Of a stretch of DNA of 64,000 bases, positions 26,085-37,060 are shown piece by piece. The notes beneath the pieces were generated by a model. It had not been told where the DNA came from and did no database searches. It saw only the letters and a list, made by a program, of their open reading frames with translations. Source of the DNA: Candidatus Methanoperedens sp. Lineage in GTDB: Bacteria > Patescibacteriota > Microgenomatia > UBA12405. Every line of letters begins with the position of its first letter. The stretch's first letter is position 1. The stretch spans positions 44,232 through 108,231 of the forward strand of contig DATMWB010000003.1 of the NCBI GenBank assembly GCA_035562735.1, given 5' to 3'. A program made the translations under genes and the position numbers.

Positions 26085-29000
26085 TTGTCGATGCCTTCCG
26101 CAAAAAGAACTTCTTGGGGTAAAAAATACCCACAAATTCCTGTTTTAGATTTACTCGCTGTCCAAAAAGAATCTTGGGCAAAATTTTTAAAAACTGATCT
26201 CGAAGAAACCGTCCGCTCCATTTCTCCTATATCCGATTACACTGGAAATAACTGGCTTTTAGAACTCGGAGAATTATTTTTCGATAAGATAACTGTCACT
26301 CCAGAAACTGCTAAGCTCAAAGGCCTAAATTACACCGTCCCCGTCTATACCAAAGCAAAACTAACCAACAAAAGAACTGGTCTTGTCCGTGAAGAAGATG
26401 TTTTCCTCCTAAACCTTCCCACCATGACTCCAGAAGCTACTTTTATAGTTAATGGTATCGAAAGAGGAGTTATCAATCAGCTCGTTCGTTCTCCAGGTGT
26501 TTATTTTACTGGCGAAGTCGATCCTGCAACTGGAAAAACTTTGTGTAATGCTGAAATCAGACCTGTTCGTGGTTCTTGGCTCGAATTTTTCATTGGTAAA
26601 AAAGAAGTCATCTTTGCTCGTATCGATCGTAAAAAGAAAGTTCCTGCTACCATCGTTCTACGTGCTGCCTGTGGATTACAAGACAAACAACTAGTTGGCG
26701 AGTTTGGTGATTATATCAACGCCACCATTTCTGCTGATCCCACTAAAAGCCAAGAAGAGGCTTATCTCGAATTTTACCGAAAACTCAGACCAGGTGAACC
26801 CGTTGTTCTCGAAAATGCTGAAAAATTTTTCAATGATAGATTTTTTGATCTTCGCACCTATGAATTAGGTCAAGTGGGTCGCTATAAAATCAATAAAAAA
26901 TTTGGTTTTAATTTTTCCGATTCCGACAAAGAAAATTGGGTCATCAAAAAAGAAGATTTAATCGCTACAATCCGTCAATTAATAAAATTACAAAAAGGTG
27001 AATCAAAACACTTCGATGATATTGATTCTCTTGCCAATCGTCGTCTTCGACGTGCTGGCGAAATTGTCGCCCAGGTTGCTCTTCGTCCAGCTATGGCCAG
27101 ATTCGAAAGAATGGTTAAAGAAAGGATGTCATTAATTTCCACCAAAGAGAAGCCAACTCCTTCTCAAATGATTAATCCTCAACCCCTTATATCTTCCTTG
27201 AATACTTTTTTTAGAAGTAACCAACTGTCCGCAATTTTAGATCAAACCAACCCTCTAGCTGAATTAGACCTTTTACGACGTGTCACTGTTGTCGGTGTTG
27301 GTGGTTTAACCCGTGAAAGAGCTGCTTTCTCTATTCGTGATGTTCATTCTTCCCAATACGGTCGTATTTGTACCGTTCGTTCCCCAGAAGGTCCAAATAT
27401 TGGTTTGGTTAGCTATCTAGCTCTCTATGCCGAAGTTGATAAATATGGTTTTATCGAAGCTCCTTTTAGGAAAGTTATCAAAAATGGTAAAAACTATACA
27501 TTCTCTGATGAAGTAGTTTATATGGATGCTGAGGATGAATATGATCATCGTATCACCCATCTTGGTGTCAAAATTGAAGGCAATGTTATCCAACAAAATT
27601 GGGTTCCTATCCGCTATCAAGGTGAGTTTGCTGAAGGCCCAATTGATCAGGTTGAATTTATCGACATGATTCCAAGTGAAATCGTTGGCGCTTCTGCTTC
27701 CCTTATTCCTTTTATTGATCATGACGATGCTACTCGTGCCCTTATGGGTTCTCACATGCAGACTCAAGCCGTACCTCTTATCCAACCAGAAGTACCTATT
27801 GTTGGTACTGGTATGGAGTCAACTGTTGCCTCCGCTATGAATAGATGTGTTTTAGCCAAAGAATCGGGAGTTGTTTCGTATGCTGATGCTGGTAGAGTTA
27901 TTATTGGTGACATTACCTATGAGGTTACGAAATTTGAAAGAACCTCTCCTTATGGTACTTGTTACAATCAACGCGTTTTGGTTAATGTCGGCGATAAAGT
28001 TAAAAAAGGTGAAGTTATTATCGATGGCCCATCTACCGCAGAAGGTGAACTATCTATTGGTAGAAACTTATTGGTAGCTTACGCTTCTATCGACGGTCTA
28101 GGTTATGAGGACTCATTCTTAATCTCTGATCGTTTAGTTAAGCAAGATGTTTTGACCAATATTCAAATTTTTGAATACAAAGCCGATGTTGTTGAAACCA
28201 AGCTTGGTACTGAAGAACTTACCAAAGACATTCCTAATGTATCAGAAGCTGAATTAGCTAAGTTAACTGACGATGGAATTGTTATGATTGGTGCCACTGT
28301 TGGTCCTAATGATATATTAGTCGGAAAAGTTGAACCTCGTGGTGAAAAAGAATTATCCGCCGAAGAAAGACTTTTACGCGCTATTTTTGGTGAAAAAGCT
28401 CGTGAAGTTAAAGACACTTCTCTCCGTGTTCCAAATGGTGAGGGTGGAGTAGTCATAAAAATCGAAGTGTTGGGTAAAGATGAAGGTGATGAATTAGATC
28501 CAGGAGTCAATAAGGTTGTCAAAGTATATGTCGCTCAAATCCGTCGTATTCAAGAAGGTGACAAAATTGCTGGACGTCATGGAAACAAGGGTGTTATCTG
28601 TCGTATTATGCCCGAGTATGACATGCCTCGTTTAGGTGATGGTACTCCTGTTGACTTAGTCATGTCTCCACTTTCAGTTATTGCTCGTATGAATTTGGGT
28701 CAAATCCTTGAAGTTACCCTCGCCTCTGCTGGTTATCACCTCAACAAGAAATATGCCGTTCCTGTCTTTGAAAAATATAGTGAAGATCAAATTGGTAAAG
28801 AGCTTGCTGAAGCTGGATTAAATCCAACTGGTAAGGCAAAACTTTATGACGGACGTACTGGTGATGCCTATGACCAAGAAGTTGTCGTTGGTGTTGGCTA
28901 CATCCTCAAATTGGTCCACATGGTCGATGACAAAGTTCATGCTCGCTCTACCGGTCCATACTCTTTAGTCACTCAACAACCACTTGGTGGTAAAGCCAGA

Positions 29001-29345
29001 ATGGGTGGTCAACGACTTGGAGAAATGGAAGTTTGGGCTCTAGAAGCACATCAAGCTGCTCACATTTTGCAGGAAATGTTAACCATTAAATCAGATGATA
29101 TCGAAGGTCGTACTCATGCCTTCCAAGCCATTATTAAGGGTCAACCTATTCCTGAGCCTGCCATTCCTGAATCATTCAAGGTTTTAACCAAAGAATTAGC
29201 TGGATTGGCACTCGATATTTCTCCTGTTGGTATGAAGCCAATAATTGAAGAAACCGCAGAAGAAATTGAGACAGAGCTTGAAACTGAAACTCAAGTCGAA
29301 ACTATTCCTGAAACAAATGTTGAAGATTTAAAGGAGGAAAACTAA
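26085..29345 (+). CDS. rpoB: DNA-directed RNA polymerase subunit beta
   Basis: 1086 aa with conserved RpoB blocks throughout (…GPNIGL…, …NMQRQAVPL…-like, …GGQRFGEMEVWALEA…). Confidence 0.95.
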   Translation: MSMPSAKRTSWGKKYPQIPVLDLLAVQKESWAKFLKTDLEETVRSISPISDYTGNNWLLELGELFFDKITVTPETAKLKGLNYTVPVYTKAKLTNKRTGLVREEDVFLLNLPTMTPEATFIVNGIERGVINQLVRSPGVYFTGEVDPATGKTLCNAEIRPVRGSWLEFFIGKKEVIFARIDRKKKVPATIVLRAACGLQDKQLVGEFGDYINATISADPTKSQEEAYLEFYRKLRPGEPVVLENAEKFFNDRFFDLRTYELGQVGRYKINKKFGFNFSDSDKENWVIKKEDLIATIRQLIKLQKGESKHFDDIDSLANRRLRRAGEIVAQVALRPAMARFERMVKERMSLISTKEKPTPSQMINPQPLISSLNTFFRSNQLSAILDQTNPLAELDLLRRVTVVGVGGLTRERAAFSIRDVHSSQYGRICTVRSPEGPNIGLVSYLALYAEVDKYGFIEAPFRKVIKNGKNYTFSDEVVYMDAEDEYDHRITHLGVKIEGNVIQQNWVPIRYQGEFAEGPIDQVEFIDMIPSEIVGASASLIPFIDHDDATRALMGSHMQTQAVPLIQPEVPIVGTGMESTVASAMNRCVLAKESGVVSYADAGRVIIGDITYEVTKFERTSPYGTCYNQRVLVNVGDKVKKGEVIIDGPSTAEGELSIGRNLLVAYASIDGLGYEDSFLISDRLVKQDVLTNIQIFEYKADVVETKLGTEELTKDIPNVSEAELAKLTDDGIVMIGATVGPNDILVGKVEPRGEKELSAEERLLRAIFGEKAREVKDTSLRVPNGEGGVVIKIEVLGKDEGDELDPGVNKVVKVYVAQIRRIQEGDKIAGRHGNKGVICRIMPEYDMPRLGDGTPVDLVMSPLSVIARMNLGQILEVTLASAGYHLNKKYAVPVFEKYSEDQIGKELAEAGLNPTGKAKLYDGRTGDAYDQEVVVGVGYILKLVHMVDDKVHARSTGPYSLVTQQPLGGKARMGGQRLGEMEVWALEAHQAAHILQEMLTIKSDDIEGRTHAFQAIIKGQPIPEPAIPESFKVLTKELAGLALDISPVGMKPIIEETAEEIETELETETQVETIPETNVEDLKEEN

Positions 29346-32300
29346 TGTTTAAATTTAAAAATATGCTCGATTTCACTGGTATCGAGATAAAACTTGCCTC
29401 TCCAGAGGAAATTTTATCCTGGTCTACTGGTGAAGTTCTAAAACCTGAAACTATTAACTATCGCTCTTGGCGTCCAGAAAAAGACGGTCTTTTTTGTGAA
29501 AAAATCTTTGGACCCTCTCGCGACTATGAATGTTACTGTGGCAAATACAAAAAAATCCGATTCAAAGGTGTTATTTGTGATAAATGTGGTGTTGAAGTAA
29601 CTACTAGCAAAGTTCGACGTGAACGAATGGGTCATATTGCCCTTGCCGCTCCTATTGCTCATTTATGGTATCTTCGAAACACCCCATCACCATTAGGTGT
29701 TATTCTCGATGTTCCTCAAAAAGAATTAGAAGCCGTTGTTTATTTCACTAAATATTTAGTGACCGCTGTTGATAACGACAAAAGAAAAGAAGCTTTAAAC
29801 AATTTAGCTATCAATTCTGAAAATCGTCAAAAACAAATCGATGTCGATTCCGCTGCTGCAATTGAAAGATACAAGACTCAAACAGCCAAGGAAAAGAAAG
29901 AACTTGACAACAAAATCAAGAACAAAGATCAGCTCCTAATTGCCAAAGAAGAACGTGATGTTCGTCTAAAACAAGACATTCAAAAAATTGAAAACAAAGC
30001 AACTTCCGAAAAAAATCGCATCGAATCCTTGATCAAATTCTTGGAAGATAAAATCAAAAGCATGGAAGTCCTCTCTGTCTTAACCGACGAAGAAGAATTT
30101 TATCTTGCCCAATTTAAGGCCGATATTTTCTACAAGGCAAAAATGGGTGCCGAAGCTTTATTAGAAGTACTAAAAAATATTGATCTTCCAGAGACTGTAA
30201 AAAATCTAAAAAAAGAATTAGCCAAAACTTCTTCAAAACTCAAGAAAAAGAAAATCATGTACAAGATTAGAATCCTAAATGGCATGATTGAAAATTCTAT
30301 TAATCCTTCATGGATGATAATGCAATATGTCCCAGTTATTCCACCAGATCTCCGTCCTATGGTCCAACTCACTGGAGGCCGATTTGCAACTTCAGATTTA
30401 AATGACCTTTATCGACGTCTTATCAACCGCAACAACCGTCTTAAAAAATTAATCAAACTAGGTGCTCCAGAAATTATTCTCCGAAATGAGAAGAGAATGC
30501 TTCAGGAATCCGTTGATATTCTTATTGATGCTCAAAAAAGCTCTAAGAATAAACGAAAAAGTAGCAAACGTTTACCTCGATCACTTTCTGACCTTCTTCG
30601 TGGTAAAAAAGGACGTTTCCGACGTAATCTTCTTGGAAAACGTGTTGATTATTCAGGTCGCTCCGTTATTGTAGTCGGTCCAGAATTAAAACTAAATCAA
30701 GTCGGTCTTCCAAAAGAGATTGCTCTTGAAATGTATCGACCTTTCGTTTTGAAAGAATTGATGGATAGCGGTCTAGCTGCTAACATCAAATCCGCCAAAA
30801 ACTTGATTGACCACCGTGTCAACGAGGTTTATGACATTTTGGAAAGAGTTACAAAAAATACTTATGTTCTCTTAAACCGTGCTCCAACCCTCCACAAGCT
30901 TTCAATTCAGGCATTCAAACCAGTTTTGACCGATGGTTTGGCTATTAGGCTTCATCCTTGTGTCTGTAAAGGTTTCAATGCTGACTTTGATGGAGATCAA
31001 ATGGGTGTCCATTTGCCTCTTTCCGCCGCAGCTCAAAAGGAAGCCAAACATCTCATGCTTCCTTCAAGAAATCTTCTCAAACCTTCAGATGGTGCTCCAG
31101 TTTCAATTCCATCCCAAGAAATGGCCGTCGGTTGTTACTACATCACTTCCGTAAATTCTGCTGATATTTCCAAAGAAAATCAAGAAGGATTTAAGGACTT
31201 ATCCATTATGGGTGATACTGAGGAATTAACATTAGCCTATCAAACAGGCAAAGTTGGTCTTCGTGAATTGGTCGTTGTCAGAATGGATGGTAAGCTCGTT
31301 AAAACCACCTATGGTCGAGTTTGGTTCAATTCCATACTTCCAAAAGAATTTGAATATATTAATGCACCTATGGCTGGCTCAAAAGCCCTAAACGACCTTA
31401 TCGTCAAGTCTATTGAAATTGCTGGACGTCTAAAAACAGTCCGCTTAATCGATTCTCTAAAAGATATAGGTTTTGCCGGATTTACTCTATCTGGACTTTC
31501 ATTAGCCATGCCTGACATGGGTTATCTATCTGAGAAAGAAGGGATAATTGCCGCCGCCGACAAACGCGTTGTGGAAATTGAAGACAACTATAAAATGGGA
31601 CTTATTAGTAATGAAGAGAAAAAGCGTCTAAGTCAATCTGTATGGATGGAAATTACCGAATCCATCGCTGAAAAAACTTGGGACACTCTTGATATTGATT
31701 CTCCTATCCGAGTAGTTTCTGCAGCTGGTATTAAGCGTGCCTCAAAAGATCAAATCAAACAGCTCTCCGGTATGCGTGGACTTATGGTTGATCCAACAGG
31801 TAAAATCGTTCAACTTCCCACCAAAAGCAATTTCCGTGAAGGTTTATCAGTCTTTGAATACATTACTGGTGCCCGAGGTACTCGTAAAGGTTTGGCTGAC
31901 ACAGCTTTACGTACTGCTGACGCTGGTTATTTGACCCGACGTTTAGTGGATACATCCCACGTAGCTATTACCCGAGAGGATGACTGTGGTACAACTCGTT
32001 TTTGGACCATTGATAGAAACGAAAAAGGTCGTGAGAAATATTTCGGACGTCGACTTTTAGGTCGTGTCTTAGCCAATGACGTTATTGATCCTGCTACAAA
32101 AAAGATTGTTGCCAAAAAAGGCGATCTTATAGATAACAACCTTCAAGCAATTATCGAAGCTACTGAGGTCAAAACAGTTGATATTCGATCCGCACTAACC
32201 TGTAAATCAAAAGTAGGTCTTTGTCGTAAATGTTATGGATGGGATCTCTCTACCCGTCAGATGGTTGGTTTTGGAGTTCCAGTTGGAGTTGTTGCCGCTC

Positions 32301-33085
32301 AATCAGTCGGAGAACCAGGTACCCAGCTTACTCTTCGAACTAAACACACTGGTGGTGTCCTTGGTGTCGACGTTACCCAAGGTTTGCCTCGTATCCAAGA
32401 ACTCTTTGAAGTCAGAATGCCAAAGCTACCTTCTCCATTAGCTGAGATTGACGGTAAGATCAAAGTAAAAGAAAATGTCGATGGTTACGAATTAAAATTA
32501 ACTGGAAAAGATAAAAATGGTGCTGCCAAGACAATAAATTATCTTCTTCCAAGCAATGTTACTCTCTTAGTTGGAGATGGTGACCTTGTGGGTCAGGGAA
32601 CTCAACTATGTTCTGGTCCTATCGATGTTCGTGAAATTCTTGAAGTTTCAGGTTTAGAAGCAGCTCAACGCTATCTCATCAACTCAATTCAAGGAGTCTA
32701 CGAATCCCAAGGTATTGCTATTCACGACAAACACATTGAAGTAATTGTTCGTGAAATGAGTGACAAGCTAAAAATTGAGGATCCAGGTGATACCAATTTC
32801 CTTTATGGTCAAATCGTTACTAGACCAGTCTACGAAGAAGCCAATAATAAAGTAAAGGAAAACAACAAAGATGGTAAAGCCTCAAAAGGACACAAAGTAC
32901 TTTTGGGTCTTATCCAATCATCTCTTACTACTGGATCATGGCTTTCTGCAGCCTCTTTCCAACAAACCACTGGAGTTTTAACCGAAGCTTCCTTACTTGC
33001 CGAGGTTGATAGCTTGATAGGTTTGAAAGAAAATGTTATTATCGGACGTCTGATTCCTGTAGGAAAGGGTCAGGAAATTAAATAA
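29345..33085 (+). CDS. rpoC: DNA-directed RNA polymerase subunit beta'
   Basis: 1246 aa with the zinc-binding CxxC…Cxx[10 protein letters not shown] and trigger loop. Confidence 0.95.
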   Translation: MFKFKNMLDFTGIEIKLASPEEILSWSTGEVLKPETINYRSWRPEKDGLFCEKIFGPSRDYECYCGKYKKIRFKGVICDKCGVEVTTSKVRRERMGHIALAAPIAHLWYLRNTPSPLGVILDVPQKELEAVVYFTKYLVTAVDNDKRKEALNNLAINSENRQKQIDVDSAAAIERYKTQTAKEKKELDNKIKNKDQLLIAKEERDVRLKQDIQKIENKATSEKNRIESLIKFLEDKIKSMEVLSVLTDEEEFYLAQFKADIFYKAKMGAEALLEVLKNIDLPETVKNLKKELAKTSSKLKKKKIMYKIRILNGMIENSINPSWMIMQYVPVIPPDLRPMVQLTGGRFATSDLNDLYRRLINRNNRLKKLIKLGAPEIILRNEKRMLQESVDILIDAQKSSKNKRKSSKRLPRSLSDLLRGKKGRFRRNLLGKRVDYSGRSVIVVGPELKLNQVGLPKEIALEMYRPFVLKELMDSGLAANIKSAKNLIDHRVNEVYDILERVTKNTYVLLNRAPTLHKLSIQAFKPVLTDGLAIRLHPCVCKGFNADFDGDQMGVHLPLSAAAQKEAKHLMLPSRNLLKPSDGAPVSIPSQEMAVGCYYITSVNSADISKENQEGFKDLSIMGDTEELTLAYQTGKVGLRELVVVRMDGKLVKTTYGRVWFNSILPKEFEYINAPMAGSKALNDLIVKSIEIAGRLKTVRLIDSLKDIGFAGFTLSGLSLAMPDMGYLSEKEGIIAAADKRVVEIEDNYKMGLISNEEKKRLSQSVWMEITESIAEKTWDTLDIDSPIRVVSAAGIKRASKDQIKQLSGMRGLMVDPTGKIVQLPTKSNFREGLSVFEYITGARGTRKGLADTALRTADAGYLTRRLVDTSHVAITREDDCGTTRFWTIDRNEKGREKYFGRRLLGRVLANDVIDPATKKIVAKKGDLIDNNLQAIIEATEVKTVDIRSALTCKSKVGLCRKCYGWDLSTRQMVGFGVPVGVVAAQSVGEPGTQLTLRTKHTGGVLGVDVTQGLPRIQELFEVRMPKLPSPLAEIDGKIKVKENVDGYELKLTGKDKNGAAKTINYLLPSNVTLLVGDGDLVGQGTQLCSGPIDVREILEVSGLEAAQRYLINSIQGVYESQGIAIHDKHIEVIVREMSDKLKIEDPGDTNFLYGQIVTRPVYEEANNKVKENNKDGKASKGHKVLLGLIQSSLTTGSWLSAASFQQTTGVLTEASLLAEVDSLIGLKENVIIGRLIPVGKGQEIK

Positions 33086-33087
33086 TT

Positions 33088-33510
33088 ATGCCAACTTTTA
33101 ATCAACTAATCAGTAAATGTCGAAAGGTCCGACGTCTTAAATTAAGAACCGGTGCACTTCGAGACAATTTTAATAGTATAAAAAGTACTAGTATTGACAG
33201 TTACAATCCCCAAAAGAAAGGGGTAGTAACAGTGGTCAAGACGATGACTCCAAAAAAACCTCATTCTGCTTTACGAAAAGTAGCTAGGGTAAGATTAAGC
33301 AATCGAGCCACTGTCACCGCTTACATTCCTGGTATCGGACATAATTTAGCCGAACATGGTATCGTCTCTATCCGTGGTGGACGTGTTCGAGATCTTCCTG
33401 GTGTTCGTTATCATATTATTCGCGGTAAATATGACGCTGGTGCTGTTGTCGGTCGTCAACAATCCCGCAGCAAATACGGTGCAAAACGTTCTGCTCCGGC
33501 TAAAAGCTAA
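33088..33510 (+). CDS. rpsL: 30S ribosomal protein S12
   Basis: It has the PTxNQL and KKPNSALRK motifs. Confidence 0.95.
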   Translation: MPTFNQLISKCRKVRRLKLRTGALRDNFNSIKSTSIDSYNPQKKGVVTVVKTMTPKKPHSALRKVARVRLSNRATVTAYIPGIGHNLAEHGIVSIRGGRVRDLPGVRYHIIRGKYDAGAVVGRQQSRSKYGAKRSAPAKS

Positions 33511-33527
33511 TCCATTTAAAAAAATAT

Positions 33528-34010
33528 ATGTCAAGAAAAGGTCAAATAAAAATTAGAGAAGTCCTACCCGACACTGAATACAAGAGTGTTGTAGTTACCA
33601 AGCTTATCAATCGTGTTATGTATGCCGGCAACAAAAATGCTGCTCAAAAACAGGTTTATGAAGCATTGCAACTTTTTAAAAAAGAAAGTAAAAGTGAAGA
33701 TATTATTACTACTCTCGAACAAGCACTTGATAATTTGAAACCAAAAGTTGAGGTTCGTCCTCGTCGTATTGGTGGCGCTGTTTATCAAGTTCCCACACCT
33801 GTGCGAGGTAGTCGTCAATATTCCCTTGCCATTCGCTGGTTGGTAACTTCAGCTAGAAAAAGACCCAACAAACAATATCATTCCTTTGCCCTAAAGTTAG
33901 CTGCCGAACTCTTAGCCACCCTAAACAATGAGGGCTCTTCTATTGCTAAGCGTCAAGAAATTGAGAGAATGGCCGAAGCCAATCGCGCCTTTGCTCATTT
34001 GCGTTGGTAA
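33528..34010 (+). CDS. rpsG: 30S ribosomal protein S7
   Basis: 160 aa, typical S7. Confidence 0.95.
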   Translation: MSRKGQIKIREVLPDTEYKSVVVTKLINRVMYAGNKNAAQKQVYEALQLFKKESKSEDIITTLEQALDNLKPKVEVRPRRIGGAVYQVPTPVRGSRQYSLAIRWLVTSARKRPNKQYHSFALKLAAELLATLNNEGSSIAKRQEIERMAEANRAFAHLRW

Positions 34011-34027
34011 AAAGCTAATTGCAATAA

Positions 34028-34063
34028 TTCGTCATTGCGAGGAGGTACTCCGACGAAGCAATC
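34028..34063 (+). repeat. Interspersed repeat copy C (between the rpsG stop and a terminator)
   Basis: TCGTCATTGCGAGgaggtactccgacGAAGCAATCT. Confidence 0.7.
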
Positions 34064-34074
34064 TATTTTAAAAT

Positions 34075-34102
34075 AAAAAAGTCCCCTGTATAGGGGACTT
34101 TT
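34075..34102. terminator. Rho-independent terminator after rpsG (bidirectional-type hairpin)
   Basis: AAAAAGTCCCCT-gtat-AGGGGACTTTTT, a 12-bp stem with flanking A and T runs. Confidence 0.75.
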
Positions 34103-34136
34103 TAGTTATTTGTTCTATCATGTATCTGATATATAT

Positions 34137-34145
34137 TGATATAAT
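34137..34145 (+). promoter_or_regulatory. Extended -10 TGaTATAAT 5 nt upstream of ATG 34151 (leaderless geometry)
   Basis: Its spacing to the ATG is identical to that of the 7737 element, with no SD. Confidence 0.4.
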
Positions 34146-34150
34146 AAGTA

Positions 34151-34570
34151 ATGTCGAGGTATGAATTGTTTCAACACTTAGTTGGAGAAGAAATAAGAAA
34201 AAGTAATCCCCATGGCAAATTACAGGTTGTTGGCGATACCTCTACTTTAGAAGACGACGAAAGACTTTTCCATATCGCTGGGGAACTCATTTCAAATTGT
34301 GCCGAAAAGGGAGCTGAAGAGATAACTTTAACTCTAACACCACGGCTAATAGTCGTAGAAGACAATTTAGTTCACACCCCAGAAGAAGTGGAAAAAATTC
34401 TTGAAAATATTCAGCAACCACTACCAGTAACCAATAAAGCTATCGTTGAAAACGGTCAATCAATTCGTGGTTTTGGTATTTTTAGTGTTCGAAACACTCT
34501 CCTTGAAATTGGTGCTTCCTTGTTTTATGAACATCGTGATGGTCGAATAATCGCTAGAGTTGAATTATAA
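34151..34570 (+). CDS. Small GHKL (histidine-kinase-like) ATPase domain protein, anti-sigma-factor/SpoIIAB-like size
   Basis: 139 aa with an N-box-like ELISNCAEKG and a G-box-like GFGIFSVRNTLLEIGASL. There is no sensor or DHp domain. Confidence 0.5.
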   Translation: MSRYELFQHLVGEEIRKSNPHGKLQVVGDTSTLEDDERLFHIAGELISNCAEKGAEEITLTLTPRLIVVEDNLVHTPEEVEKILENIQQPLPVTNKAIVENGQSIRGFGIFSVRNTLLEIGASLFYEHRDGRIIARVEL

Positions 34571-34615
34571 GAAAGAAATCTGGTTAGACTATTTTGTTTT
34601 GTGTTAACATAATTT

Positions 34616-36004
34616 ATGTCATTATTTTCAAAATCAAAAGTTGTTCTCTGGCCAAAAGATGAAAGCCTAGAAATATATTTAGACCGAAGTGACAACAACA
34701 CCTTTTCTTTTGAAACAAATCTTTGGAGTGAACAAGGTGATGATAGTTTAAATAGTTTAGCCAGCTTTTTTAAACAAAATAAAATATCCGAGGCATATGT
34801 TCTCCTAAATGACACTTATGTTATTACCAAGACTTTTATTTACGATTCTGTTGTCACTAAGCTCGATCCAAATGAAGTCATAACCTTGGCCAAAGATTCA
34901 ATAGATTTCAAAATATCACCCGAGTCTGTTACCTTTGATCTTGAGTCTGAAGGAAATCGGACTTTAGTTCGAACAAGAATTTTCAATCAGGATAAATTTC
35001 AAATACTTACTGCCAATCTCCAAAAAATTGGTCTAAAAGTACTTGATTTTGAAACCGTATCTTCATCTGTGGCCAAGCTTTACACCAATTTTGATAACGG
35101 TCAGTATTTTTTCTTTTACCCCATAAATACCCACGATTACGTTGCTATCCTAAGCAACAAAGGAAATGTTTACTTAACCTCAATTATCAAAAAATCTCTT
35201 CCGGAACTTAAGAAGTTATTAAATTACGCTCAAGCCTATTTTAGCAACAAGGAGCCAACCCAATATTTGCCAGATACCAATTACAACGAATCCGAAATTT
35301 GTCAACGTTTTCAAAAAGCGTCAAATCTACCTCTACCAGTTCTATCTTTCTTTATTGGCCAATCGAAGCCTGTTGCTGATATAATAAAGACAGAAACAAC
35401 CCAGACGCTTCCCCCAACGCCTACTTCTAATATTATCGATTCAACAAATAATCCCTTACCAACTATGGAAAACAACAAAAAAAGTCTTTTACCAATAATT
35501 GCTGTTTTTATCATCACCGCAATTGTTGCCTCAATTATTGTTTGGTTTATATTAAACCAAAACAAAGATACTGATTTAAATCCAGGTGGTGAAAACCCGG
35601 CAGAAGAAATAAGTAGTACCCCAATGGCAACCGAAGAACCAACTCCTACTATTGCTGAGCTTAGTAAAACCCTAAAAATACAGGTGCTAAATGCCACCGA
35701 CATAAATGGTCAAGCAGCCACTATCAAAACTGAATTGACCAACCTCGGTTTCACTAGTATCAATACAGGTAACAGCAAAGAAGCAGCAACCAGCAACCAA
35801 ATTCAAATAAAAAAGACCATTGTTCCGGACTATTTTCTTAAAAACGTGGCTCAATTTTCGACAGCAACAGTCAGTGAGTTATCTGAAACTTCAACCTATG
35901 ATGTTGTCTTTATTATTGGGGTAGATCTCAAAACTGGAAGTGCCGCTCCTACAGCGACAACTCCCACTACAACTAGTACCCCATCAGCTACTCCCACTAA
36001 TTAG
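34616..36004 (+). CDS. Membrane protein with a PilM-like cytoplasmic N-domain, one TM helix and a C-terminal LytR_C domain
   Basis: The N-terminal ~290 aa resemble PilM (…FQILTANLQKIGLKVLDFETVSSSVAKLY). A TM helix (LLPIIAVFIITAIVASIIVWFIL) and a LytR_C-like C-terminus (LKIQVLNATDINGQAATIKTELTNLGF…VVFIIGVDL) follow. Confidence 0.5.
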   Translation: MSLFSKSKVVLWPKDESLEIYLDRSDNNTFSFETNLWSEQGDDSLNSLASFFKQNKISEAYVLLNDTYVITKTFIYDSVVTKLDPNEVITLAKDSIDFKISPESVTFDLESEGNRTLVRTRIFNQDKFQILTANLQKIGLKVLDFETVSSSVAKLYTNFDNGQYFFFYPINTHDYVAILSNKGNVYLTSIIKKSLPELKKLLNYAQAYFSNKEPTQYLPDTNYNESEICQRFQKASNLPLPVLSFFIGQSKPVADIIKTETTQTLPPTPTSNIIDSTNNPLPTMENNKKSLLPIIAVFIITAIVASIIVWFILNQNKDTDLNPGGENPAEEISSTPMATEEPTPTIAELSKTLKIQVLNATDINGQAATIKTELTNLGFTSINTGNSKEAATSNQIQIKKTIVPDYFLKNVAQFSTATVSELSETSTYDVVFIIGVDLKTGSAAPTATTPTTTSTPSATPTN

Positions 36005-36021
36005 TAATTAAAAAAATCACT

Positions 36022-37041
36022 ATGAAAATCCTTGTTACAGGAGGTTGCGGTTTTATTGGTAGTAATTTTATCCATTATTGGTTGTCGCGACATCCCGATG
36101 ACACCATTGTAAATTTAGATAAATTGACCTATGCTGCCAATCCAGAATCACTACGTGATTTAGAAAAAAATCCTCATTATCAATTTATCAAAGCTGACAT
36201 TTGTGATGAGGTTGCGGTCGACAAAGTTATGTCCGAAGGTATCGAGCTCATAATTCATTTTGCCGCCGAATCACATGTTGATCGTTCTATCGATGATCCA
36301 CTTCTTTTTGTAAAGACCAACGTTTTAGGAACTTACACCCTTTTAAATTCCGCAAAAAAACACGGCAACATCCGTTTTCACCATGTTTCCACTGACGAAG
36401 TTTTTGGAGCTCTCCCCTTAGATACTGAGGAAAAATTCACTGAAGATACTCACTATGATCCCCGAAGTCCATACTCAGCTTCAAAAGCATCTTCAGATCA
36501 CTTTGTTAGATCTTTCTATCATACATTTAATTTGCCAGTGACTATCAGTAATTGTTCAAATAACTATGGTGCCTTTCAATCTCCAGAAAAATTTGTGCCA
36601 AGAATGATTACTAATCTTATGGATGGTAAAAAAATTCCTGTCTATGGAGATGGTCTCTATGTCCGAGATTGGCTTTATGTTGACGACCATTGTTCTGCCA
36701 TCGAAGCTATTGTCTTAAATGGAAAAATAGGTCAGTCATACAATATTGGCGGTCTTGTCAAAGACTATTCCAACCTAGAAGTTGCCAAGACAATTCTTCA
36801 AATTATGGGTAAAACCGATGCTGAACTTGAATTTGTAGCCGATAGACCTGGTCATGATCGTCGCTATGCTGTCTCTTGGGAAAAAATTCATAATGAATTG
36901 AATTGGTCTCCCAGTCTTACCTTTGAAGAGGGGATAACAAAAACAATCAACTGGTATCAGCAAAACGAAACATGGTGGCGCGAAGCTAAGACCGAAGCTG
37001 AAGCTTTCTATGTCCGACTCAACGCTTCAAAAAACAAATAA
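36022..37041 (+). CDS. rfbB: dTDP-glucose 4,6-dehydratase
   Basis: MKILVTGGCGFIGSNF, YxxxK and an extended SDR fold. Confidence 0.88.
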   Translation: MKILVTGGCGFIGSNFIHYWLSRHPDDTIVNLDKLTYAANPESLRDLEKNPHYQFIKADICDEVAVDKVMSEGIELIIHFAAESHVDRSIDDPLLFVKTNVLGTYTLLNSAKKHGNIRFHHVSTDEVFGALPLDTEEKFTEDTHYDPRSPYSASKASSDHFVRSFYHTFNLPVTISNCSNNYGAFQSPEKFVPRMITNLMDGKKIPVYGDGLYVRDWLYVDDHCSAIEAIVLNGKIGQSYNIGGLVKDYSNLEVAKTILQIMGKTDAELEFVADRPGHDRRYAVSWEKIHNELNWSPSLTFEEGITKTINWYQQNETWWREAKTEAEAFYVRLNASKNK

Positions 37042-37045
37042 TTTG

Positions 37046-37060
37046 TTATACTGAAGCTAT
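37046..37060 (+). promoter_or_regulatory. Leaderless promoter/start module TTATACTGAAGCTAT (second identical copy)
   Basis: TGtTATACT at 37044-52 is followed 8 nt later by the rfbC ATG at 37061. The 15-mer is identical to 12837-12851. Confidence 0.35.
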
